64,000 nt of DNA from IMG/VR virus record IMGVR_UViG_3300010400_000002, positions 1 to 64,000 of that record. The stretch is one strand, 5' to 3'. The notes under the pieces are model-generated. The model worked only from the letters and a program-made list of their open reading frames with translations, did no database searches and had not been told where the DNA came from. This document shows, in pieces, positions 31,001 through 38,775 of the stretch (positions are counted from its first letter, which is position 1; each line of letters begins with the position of its first letter). This stretch comes from a virus. The translations under genes were made by a program, and so were the position numbers.

Positions 31001-34000
31001 AAGAAAAAGCGTTTGGTCGCGATAAAGAATCTTACAATGAAAAAATTAAGTATTTAGAAGATCGGCTTAAATATCTATCTGATCAGAAAAATTTTGATGC
31101 TGAGGTCGAGAAAATAAAAAGCAAGTATGATCAACCAACTTCCTTAGAACACGAAGCTAAGAATCTCGCTGATAAAATTCGCGGACTGAAAGGAAAACCA
31201 CTAATGGTTCGTGATTCTGTCACTGGTGAAATGGTGGAAGTAAAATCAAAATCATTCTTTGATGAAGCCATTGACATAGTTGCTAACCTCATTGAGAAAG
31301 CAGGCAAGGAACTGAATCACACAAAACTTGGTGATGCAATTGTCGCGGGACTAAAGCATATCCGCTCTTCTGAGTGGTACAAGAAACTTAAATTCTCCGA
31401 AAAGCAGGGTGTGATAAAAGAATTCAAAGCGATGTTTGCTCCGATGCAGGAAGCATTAGTGAAGGGAAGGAAGGAAGATTTGAAGAAGCGAACAGAGAAC
31501 ACTACCGGACAGCGTGACCTTTCTGAAAAAATTAAGACCACGGCGCGACGCATATTCCGACAGAATGAAATTTCATTCAAGCGTGGTGTGGGCGCAGAGA
31601 GAAAGGGACAGTCAATACAGCGCAAAGAATTCGCTGCGGCAATCGCTGACCTACTAAAGTCAAACCAGCTAAAAGGTGAAATAACTCCAGCACAATTCAA
31701 GACTATTATTAAAGCCGCTACCAACATTGGCACAGAAGCGCAACTCAATCGTTTCCTCACATTTTCCGACCGTGTTATCAGTGATGCTAACTATGCACAG
31801 CGCATATCTGACATCTCTGCCACAAGAAAGAAACTTGGCTCACGCGATTATGGTACGTTGACAAATACTGTCAAGTCATTTCTTGCTATCAACCCGCGCA
31901 GTGTTCCTCTCGACAAACTGGATTTGTATGAGCGTGTGATAAATGGGCTTGCACAGAAGCGTGTTCCGTCAGCAACAGAGCTGGTACGCAACTACAATGA
32001 GATTGCAGATGCAGTGCAGAGCAAAACATTTCCGTCTGAAGGTAAGTCGTATAATGATATTGAAGATGGACTTGCCGAACTCACACAGGCGAAATTTGAT
32101 AATGTTGATGACTACATAAAAGCACGTCAGCAATTAGCAGCACTCAATCGGGGGTTACAGAAACTAATTAATGAGGGAAGCATAACACCGGAAGAATCGG
32201 CACAGGCGCAAGACCTGTTTATGCAGACTGGAAAAACATTGGAAGAGCATGCAGCAGAAAATCTTCTTGCCGAAGAAGTGAAACTGAAAGATGAAATGAT
32301 TACAGAAGCGAAAATGATTGCTTCAAATCAGGAGCTTGCCGATTTCACGCCGGAGCAGAAGAAATACATTGAGAAGTTTCAGTCAATTCCTGAATCACTA
32401 CTAAAGCAAATGCCGATTGAAGATGTAGATGCTTATGTGAAGGTGATGGATGGACTGGATGATGGGTTGGTGAATAGTAAAATGTATGAGTTGCTGAATA
32501 AAGCAGGGCTGATGAAAGCCACCAACGAAATCAAAGGACAGGTGCTCGATCAGGCGATCAACAAAACCGGAAAGGCAATAAAGGTATTAGGACAGAAAAT
32601 AGAAGTACCTAATCCGAAGAAACTATTTGGTGATCTAACTACAAGAGGGAAATATTTCTGGGATGAATACTTTGGACTGGGTGGGCAGAAGCCGATATGG
32701 AAAACAATAGTAAGCCCAATCCTTCGCGCCTACAATCACATGCAGTTGGATGCAATTAGGTTGCGGAGTGAATATCATACAGCGTCCAAAAAAGTAAACA
32801 GTGTTGATAAAGCCAAAATATCTATTGTGCTGAATCAACTCGACTACCAAAGTAACCCTATTCGTCTTGAAGATAAAACGGTGCATGACTTTGCCGATCT
32901 TCCAAATCAGGAGAAAGATTATTTCAAAGTGATAAACAATCCTGACAATGCGATGCTCGGACTCAACAATGTCCGTATCGCCGATCAGAAGATTGCGCGT
33001 GAAGCGTATACTGAATTACCAAAGGACTCTTATGGCAACATTGACACGCAGAAGGCACTCGATGAATTGAATGGTGATCCTGACATAAAAGCGTTACTCG
33101 ATACTGTTCAAAAAATAAAAGATGCGCTGGAAGATAAGAACCGTGTAGCAACGGAAAAGCGTGGTGATGTATATGTACCGCGCGAAAATTATCATCCTCG
33201 CATGGTGCGACAGTCACGACCTCGTGGAGGGCTATTCGATACCGAACCACTTACGGCGGAACAGGCAGTAGAATCATTACTCGGTAAGCCTGTAAATAAT
33301 GTGACAGCAAGGGCAGGCTCTACTCATGCACGTACCGACTACCGCTACTATGTTTCTTACAACCTTGACCATGTAATCGGTAACCACATTCAGGATGTGT
33401 TGCGTGATTACCATTTGGGTGATCCCATGAAGCAAAGGTTGGGAGCACTTGGCTCGCTGATGCTATCACAGACGGGAGGAAAGCAAGCAACAGCGAGGGC
33501 ACTGTATGAAGCGATGAAAGATGGTGTGGTGACTTCATTTCATCTCGACAATAAAGTTGCGAATGATGATATGAAGCTGATTGAAAAAGTTCTCTCCACT
33601 ACACGAACACTTGCACTTGCGCGACCTACTCGCTTGATAAATGACTTCGCCTCCAACTTCGTGAGAGAAACATTATCAAGCGGTCAGATTAATCCGGGAC
33701 GACACGAAGCATATAAGCAACTGCTCGACAATTCATATTCATCATTGATGTTTAAAGCGGGCAAGTACGCTGAAGAACGGTATGAAACAAATCAGGGTGC
33801 AATGCGTAAACTCGCTGATGCTATCATTCCGTTTGCTGATACACCGGTTACTCGTGCTGCATTTGCCGGAGCATTCGACACGAGATTCGAAACACTCACA
33901 GGAGAGCGATTTAATCCAGACGAGTATGTTAAATCAGAAGCGTATCGTGATAAATTCGCTGCACAGATTGATGATGCCTCATCCCATGCTGAAGCCTCCA

Positions 34001-35151
34001 TGTCGCAGAAGTTCAATGCTCAAACACCTTTTGCGGCTGCTTCAAAAACGAAATGGACACCACTTGGTTCGCCGAAAGAAAAATATAGTCTGATCTCACA
34101 GGCGCTTGGATTTCTGAATTCATGGAATGCAAATGATACTCGTAATCTTCTTACTAAAGCAAAACAATTGTATGATGGCTCAGGAACGGGGCGTATGGAT
34201 GCGCTCAGAGATATTTCTGGTGTGTTAGCATCTAACTATGTTTACACCACGACTGCTATTCTTGTAGCTAACATCATCAAAAATGGAATTGCTTCAGCAC
34301 TCGATGATGATGAAAAAGGATGGTGGCAGGAGTTGGGTGATGATTTTGAAAAAGGATTTTCAGACACTTTCAATACAGAGACGCAAGGTGAAGTTGGTGT
34401 AGGTACGGTGCTGTCACTTGCTATGGGGCGTTACGGAAATTTGTTCCGTGGAATGTATGCACTCATATCAGGTATTCTCGCCAACGGTCTTAAGGATAAT
34501 CCGGCAGCACTGTCGAAACTCGATGCTGTTAATGGTGGCATGACGCGCACATTCTATGCTGATCCTATAAAGAGCGATAGTCGAACAGTGGATATGTTGC
34601 GACTTATCCCGGCTATGGGAGAAATAGCTGCACAAGTTTATCAAGGTAGTTCCTCAGCAATAGCCTTAACAAACAAGGTGGCTAATGATGGCTTTGAATC
34701 TCTCAACGCTTCTGATAAAGATTTATGGACTACGATTCAGGCTACAAATTATCTGATCGGCGCCGCTTTTCCAAATCCTATCTCTCCTGAGTTTCATACG
34801 GAGTCACGACGCATTGCATCTGCTGTCATTCAGGATGAAAAGAATGATCGTATGAGAGCAATCGGTGTGTACGACATTTATGAAAAGGCAAAAGCCAATG
34901 AACTTATTCCACCCATTGCGCCAAATACCGTTACTATTGATGGAGAGAAACGAACACTGACTTACAAGGAACATGAAGAATTTAATGACCTTGTGATGAA
35001 GTACCGGAAAGAATGGGTTGATGACCTTCGCAAAAATGATCCTGAATTTAAGAAGGCACCACAGAAAGAAAAGATCAAAATGATTAAATCAGCTTACGCG
35101 AGTGGATATAATGAGGCTAAAGATGAATTTTTTAACACAGAAGAAAAATAA
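28045..35151 (+). CDS. Very large virion-associated (ejection/polyvalent) protein
   Basis: 2368 aa, mostly helical/coiled-coil, in the cargo locus; no RNA-polymerase catalytic motif recognised. Confidence 0.6.
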   Translation: MPNGQDIKLPKGATLVTSPPVSGIKLPKGATLINNKSDESQAKVPQVQEEKNGVNAQPTDATAANSTTEVPQKENNSIPKNLDNHIKALQNVKQNISIYSQSIPKNAPLTLPTKEQEAQIEPAIVASGGRNATIEDDGNIIDYSKPNQITQWAQSQLEKLNAIPAFDGTPTGMGIPDVTPITPIIVAGKEVAKSILGSISGLGEGIQQATKGSEDIRIPSSQNRLAALELPAGLVKSGFSGLSLVVPQVAAFNLGIQEAGNVLPEKWVQAAMSPVSTILQETHGIVNFNGKIYDLGNSDGVKAAAELTDLVWDIFLFKKAEGLGKKIIHNEVLTPIEQAEANKIIDEGIKDFGTPFKKETLNKIPPELPDAVKIKVAPLIEEKEKIIDGKQNIDVGLHQLEDQKIADINEQIIDHVAPQPFTVSEFEVHPKENISAVVGKDAEYKGKIGVIEKDDEGNFVFNDGKRQQILPVENKVEPTETISDSGLTVAKEKIFKGEIPVIVKQGDVEYRNRKYFVSFTNDPKDATGTRVYEYTKDKNLLPVGKPKKVNEIIQQFKDENGIATKQSPFEFPKSKEGEPTISEGDGTAKGELQVPLSSEPKTTDNVSDKPPVSDERQQESAPIGEAPSAETVVSEEVKAPEEKVDEAKQFAIDMVNNDLVEPGNTSRSEMTIKGSGKKASANIEPRLDLGMSSADKNKAIADIKKGNYETAPAKKLIQKLSEFHKNDAFEMIRGTGGNADRFMELTLEEMRHQIEDMKEFKAAEAMKGIPDEEAQAIEDFVRPFEDEHGNINFEEAIKHLDEIGWTLPEGHEERISDLIKKIKDETGKREVQKGEANSSGSVSSEAPEGVIKDEKPRTREQILQELEQAKAEHATAESDYNKAKDALDKNLQGKQGDLLQGNEQKLFDDTSEMKSKADAAKKTLDAAKEKLDAAQKLADDNLPGQQEILSLSHGLTPEQINESAQFVVKFERDELPTDIKLAKEQQEKAFGRDKESYNEKIKYLEDRLKYLSDQKNFDAEVEKIKSKYDQPTSLEHEAKNLADKIRGLKGKPLMVRDSVTGEMVEVKSKSFFDEAIDIVANLIEKAGKELNHTKLGDAIVAGLKHIRSSEWYKKLKFSEKQGVIKEFKAMFAPMQEALVKGRKEDLKKRTENTTGQRDLSEKIKTTARRIFRQNEISFKRGVGAERKGQSIQRKEFAAAIADLLKSNQLKGEITPAQFKTIIKAATNIGTEAQLNRFLTFSDRVISDANYAQRISDISATRKKLGSRDYGTLTNTVKSFLAINPRSVPLDKLDLYERVINGLAQKRVPSATELVRNYNEIADAVQSKTFPSEGKSYNDIEDGLAELTQAKFDNVDDYIKARQQLAALNRGLQKLINEGSITPEESAQAQDLFMQTGKTLEEHAAENLLAEEVKLKDEMITEAKMIASNQELADFTPEQKKYIEKFQSIPESLLKQMPIEDVDAYVKVMDGLDDGLVNSKMYELLNKAGLMKATNEIKGQVLDQAINKTGKAIKVLGQKIEVPNPKKLFGDLTTRGKYFWDEYFGLGGQKPIWKTIVSPILRAYNHMQLDAIRLRSEYHTASKKVNSVDKAKISIVLNQLDYQSNPIRLEDKTVHDFADLPNQEKDYFKVINNPDNAMLGLNNVRIADQKIAREAYTELPKDSYGNIDTQKALDELNGDPDIKALLDTVQKIKDALEDKNRVATEKRGDVYVPRENYHPRMVRQSRPRGGLFDTEPLTAEQAVESLLGKPVNNVTARAGSTHARTDYRYYVSYNLDHVIGNHIQDVLRDYHLGDPMKQRLGALGSLMLSQTGGKQATARALYEAMKDGVVTSFHLDNKVANDDMKLIEKVLSTTRTLALARPTRLINDFASNFVRETLSSGQINPGRHEAYKQLLDNSYSSLMFKAGKYAEERYETNQGAMRKLADAIIPFADTPVTRAAFAGAFDTRFETLTGERFNPDEYVKSEAYRDKFAAQIDDASSHAEASMSQKFNAQTPFAAASKTKWTPLGSPKEKYSLISQALGFLNSWNANDTRNLLTKAKQLYDGSGTGRMDALRDISGVLASNYVYTTTAILVANIIKNGIASALDDDEKGWWQELGDDFEKGFSDTFNTETQGEVGVGTVLSLAMGRYGNLFRGMYALISGILANGLKDNPAALSKLDAVNGGMTRTFYADPIKSDSRTVDMLRLIPAMGEIAAQVYQGSSSAIALTNKVANDGFESLNASDKDLWTTIQATNYLIGAAFPNPISPEFHTESRRIASAVIQDEKNDRMRAIGVYDIYEKAKANELIPPIAPNTVTIDGEKRTLTYKEHEEFNDLVMKYRKEWVDDLRKNDPEFKKAPQKEKIKMIKSAYASGYNEAKDEFFNTEEK

Positions 35152-35160
35152 CTTTACGCT

Positions 35161-36081
35161 ATGAGTCTATCACTGAAGGCAACAGTTCAATTACAATTCA
35201 CGAGCGAGTCGGTCCAAAACGAATTATATTTCGATGACTCCACCGGAGACTATGACGCAAGTACTAATCCAGGAGGTTACGGAACCCCCAATCCAACCAA
35301 AGCAAGCATTACTTCGACCTCATTACAGATGATTGCCCCTGGTTCCGATGATGTGGCTGTACTTACACCGTGGACATATCTGCCAACCGATGCCAACCCT
35401 GCCACTATCACTTGTGATATGTATGTTCCGATAGAAGAAGAAACGTGCGACTACGCTATTAATATTGGCAGTCCCGCTTATCCTCTCGCTAACTTCACAG
35501 TAATAAAAAATGGTGAGTCAACTAATATTGGCTCTATGTTGAATCAGGCGGCAGTATCGGCTTACTTCGTTTCACAAGGATTCACAGATGCTTACCCCGC
35601 ATTCTCCAAACTACAGACCGAAGATGTATGGACATCGGTAGCATGGACGGGACAATCGGCAATAACATTTACTCCTGACAACTGTGTTGACGATGATCCT
35701 ACAACAGATGGTTGCGCTGATTGCCCTGATGATATTTTAGAGACTGACTGCGATGATGAAGAAACGACGTGCTTTGTAGATGGATGCTGGACATTTATCT
35801 ACACGGTATTTACTGGAAGCACCGTAATTGCCACTACTACATTCACACAATTTTTCTATGGACAGACATTGAAGAGACTGGAAGATTTGTTTTCTCTTTA
35901 TTACAGCAACCAGCTTCCGAATGTTGAGAATATAAACTGGCAACTACAACTCAATATTCTCAAAAATGATTTCGACAATGCTTTGGTGAATGCAAGCGTG
36001 AATGACTGTGACTGTTTGTGCATGACCAACATCCTTGCTTCGATACAGAAAAGGTTAACAGAGTACGAAAACAAAATATAA
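35161..36081 (+). CDS. Tail hub / fibre-attachment protein
   Basis: FDDSTGDYDASTNPGGYGTPNP and DGCWTFIYTV motifs; contains an ~80-aa insert shared with the muzzle. Confidence 0.6.
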   Translation: MSLSLKATVQLQFTSESVQNELYFDDSTGDYDASTNPGGYGTPNPTKASITSTSLQMIAPGSDDVAVLTPWTYLPTDANPATITCDMYVPIEEETCDYAINIGSPAYPLANFTVIKNGESTNIGSMLNQAAVSAYFVSQGFTDAYPAFSKLQTEDVWTSVAWTGQSAITFTPDNCVDDDPTTDGCADCPDDILETDCDDEETTCFVDGCWTFIYTVFTGSTVIATTTFTQFFYGQTLKRLEDLFSLYYSNQLPNVENINWQLQLNILKNDFDNALVNASVNDCDCLCMTNILASIQKRLTEYENKI

Positions 36082-36084
36082 CTT

Positions 36085-36345
36085 ATGATACAAAAACAAA
36101 AAATTTCATTCTGGAAAAACAACCAATCAAAGGGCGAATTTGATCTGCCTTTTAATATTGCCGACATGAGAGGTATTGATAAGATTGCTGCTGACAACAA
36201 AATTGAATGGGATTCTTACTACATAATAAAATATTGGGAGGAGGGTATAATACTCCGACGCGAATCAATAGAATCACATTTACAGGATGAAGGTCCAAAT
36301 ACTTGGAAGGAAACATTCAAATTTGATTATCCAACAAAATCTTGA
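36085..36345 (+). CDS. Hypothetical protein
   Basis: 86-aa ORF. Confidence 0.5.
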   Translation: MIQKQKISFWKNNQSKGEFDLPFNIADMRGIDKIAADNKIEWDSYYIIKYWEEGIILRRESIESHLQDEGPNTWKETFKFDYPTKS

Positions 36346-36347
36346 CT

Positions 36348-36596
36348 ATGGGAAATATCATCCCGACACTCTACCTTATCGCTGCCAACGCCACGGCTGA
36401 CAAGCTCGCCTGTGATGTACAAGAACGGCTTAACAAAATGTTTTGCCGTGAGATGTACTACCGGCGCATTGGAAAGGACTGGCAGTCGTCGTATGGAAGG
36501 AGAATGGATTTACTAAATATCAATTGGCTGCTTCAGTACAATCCATCTATTGCTTTTGTTGATGTAATGAACTGTTGGTATCGCAACGTGTATTAA
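36348..36596 (+). CDS. Hypothetical protein (possibly tail-associated)
   Basis: ~82-aa ORF in the tail locus. Confidence 0.45.
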   Translation: MGNIIPTLYLIAANATADKLACDVQERLNKMFCREMYYRRIGKDWQSSYGRRMDLLNINWLLQYNPSIAFVDVMNCWYRNVY

Positions 36597-36599
36597 CCT

Positions 36600-38309
36600 A
36601 TGAACAAACTTCCGGGCATATCAGTTCAGCAACGCAATGTGTCTGTCACTAAGACTGCCACTATTCCGGCTATCCGTGTGGATGCTGAACCCTGTGATGA
36701 CGACTGCAACACCAGCGGAAGGTTGCCTGCAATAAAAGTTATTGGGAGTTGCCATGAATGTCCTGATGAGGGGCAAGTTCCTGACGTGATTAGCGAAGAT
36801 TATGAGTGGATAACATATCGAGCTGCGCTAAGAACTTACACTTACACTATCAACTGGATTTATGATGGCGGATTTTGGATTGTGGTGGACAATAATGTGA
36901 AGTTTGTGGGTGAGCCAACAAGTGATGATGAATTGCTTGAGATGCTTAATGAAATGGACTTGGGTGTGTTCACACTTGACGGCACTACGATAACGGTGAA
37001 GGGGTATCACATCTATGGGGATATTTTGGAGACGGATAGTGATGCGCCGACGGTGATTACTCCGGTGGTTGGTTGCATGAATCCGTCTGCACTTGACTAC
37101 AATCCAAATGCAAATGTTCCGGGTGCATGCACTTTTGCCATTCCAAATACAGTCACCTTCAATATAGCATCTAAGAAGGCAGTGGAAACCCAAATCGGGG
37201 CAAATCTTTTTGAACGCGATGTAACTAAGTTCGCAGCATGGACGGCAAAGACAATTGAATTAGGATTACAGATGCTTTACTACACGCCGATTACCGGAAT
37301 GTCGAATAGCCATGCAGCCACGTTAGTTACAATGTTAATTGCAACGGGGTGTGATCTCGGAATATTCTATCCAATTCGCGACAACAACACAGCCGTAAAC
37401 TTTCCCACTTTCTACGATTGGATTAAATTGAAGTTCGGTGCTTACTTAACTTTTGTTCAATTGGATGATGAGTCGCAGTTGAAAAACAAACATCTTGACA
37501 CACTAAATCCTCCATACTCTGCTTTGTATATCTCCCGCGCTCAACAGGTGATGAACTATGATCCAGCGATGCAATTCTCTTGGGACACAGCACCCATTTA
37601 CAGAACAACGACAGCTTCCGTAAACCGGAATCAAGCACTCAAAGATTTGAATGATACCGATTGGGGACGGCAGTACGAACAAATTTCTCCTGATCGTTGC
37701 ATATTTAGTCCAACTGATTCTGCCCACAATCTTATGTTGGTGAATTATTATTATGACACTCAATTACCAGGGGACTTAGTTGCTTTCTTTGCATTGTTCA
37801 CACACATAACAAAGCAAACGATAAATCAATTTCACAACAACGACACTGGCACCACAGAACTTTCACATCCACTTCGAAATTATTCGATAGGGCGCATGGC
37901 AATATTTACGCTTGCCAACACAGAGAAGTTTGCAAACGTATTGTATATGCAGCTTTCAGAATTAGTAAGGGGTGTGCATCCTGAGTTTGATTCGATGAAA
38001 CGGATTGCAAAATGTTTCTACTTCACTTATACGATGCCTGTGACAATTCCGTATGCAGGCTGTTTAGCGCAAGGGTTTCAGACAGGATCAAATTCATTTG
38101 GAATTCTTATCACCAACCAAACAGCAACGGAAGTGACTATTGCAGCATCGGATATTGCTATCACCGGAAAAACTGTATCGGGATTGTTTACTTATGATCG
38201 GGGATATTCAGACAGCATTGATGGAGTAATGACGAATGAAACCGGAACGGCGGCTACAATAGATGTGAAACCATTTAGTGTGACCTGGGTTACGTTCACT
38301 ACCGTGTAA
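36600..38309 (+). CDS. Tail spike-like protein with putative glycoside hydrolase (clan GH-A-like) domain
   Basis: N-terminal attachment region; GCMNPSALDYNPNA repeat; VQLDDES; C-terminal ILITN...IDVKPFSVTWV beta-sandwich signature. Confidence 0.5.
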   Translation: MNKLPGISVQQRNVSVTKTATIPAIRVDAEPCDDDCNTSGRLPAIKVIGSCHECPDEGQVPDVISEDYEWITYRAALRTYTYTINWIYDGGFWIVVDNNVKFVGEPTSDDELLEMLNEMDLGVFTLDGTTITVKGYHIYGDILETDSDAPTVITPVVGCMNPSALDYNPNANVPGACTFAIPNTVTFNIASKKAVETQIGANLFERDVTKFAAWTAKTIELGLQMLYYTPITGMSNSHAATLVTMLIATGCDLGIFYPIRDNNTAVNFPTFYDWIKLKFGAYLTFVQLDDESQLKNKHLDTLNPPYSALYISRAQQVMNYDPAMQFSWDTAPIYRTTTASVNRNQALKDLNDTDWGRQYEQISPDRCIFSPTDSAHNLMLVNYYYDTQLPGDLVAFFALFTHITKQTINQFHNNDTGTTELSHPLRNYSIGRMAIFTLANTEKFANVLYMQLSELVRGVHPEFDSMKRIAKCFYFTYTMPVTIPYAGCLAQGFQTGSNSFGILITNQTATEVTIAASDIAITGKTVSGLFTYDRGYSDSIDGVMTNETGTAATIDVKPFSVTWVTFTTV

Positions 38310-38684
38310 TCACCTATTCCAAACATACCCATAAAGAGTATCGGTAGCAGAGTGCTTGATCGCATAGATTTGTTTCTGCAGCCTCTCCTTTGCTGTTCTC
38401 TGTATTGAATAAAAGCTGGGCATGATAAACCAACTGTTCAACAACCGATCATAAGAAACAAAAGCAGTATCGCCAACGTGACCTCTTGGCTGTGGCATTC
38501 GTATCGCTCCCGTCTGCCACTTGTTATCCAAACTTGTAGCTTGCCAAATGTAATCGTTATCCTGACGTTCAATTGAGGTGACTCTCATATCGCAGTAGAT
38601 CATTCGAGCCATATGCTTGTTGTAACTTGATGCGGCAATTATCACTGTAATAAGCAGGGAGAAGGAGAGAAGTATTTTCTTCAT
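38310..38684 (-). CDS. Antisense moron-like exported protein
   Basis: Start MKKILLSFSLLITVIIAAS is a signal peptide; TACGTTTG box lies immediately upstream. Confidence 0.6.
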   Translation of the reverse strand: MKKILLSFSLLITVIIAASSYNKHMARMIYCDMRVTSIERQDNDYIWQATSLDNKWQTGAIRMPQPRGHVGDTAFVSYDRLLNSWFIMPSFYSIQRTAKERLQKQIYAIKHSATDTLYGYVWNR

Positions 38685-38691
38685 GAGCGCA

Positions 38692-38769
38692 CAAACGTAC
38701 AGATAATTTTCCTTGTGAACAATAAACCAAATAACATTGTGCAATCGGTAATTTTTGCAATTAACTTTG
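38692..38769. promoter_or_regulatory. Divergent Bacteroidota-type -7 promoter boxes
   Basis: TACGTTTG on - (38692-38699) and TAACTTTG on + (38762-38769), each 6-7 nt before a start codon. Confidence 0.55.
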
Positions 38770-38775
38770 GACGCT

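Noticed and set aside
14274-34093. Many antisense or alternative-frame ORFs inside structural genes
   Set aside because: They are shadows of long, codon-biased genes and show no motifs or expression signals.
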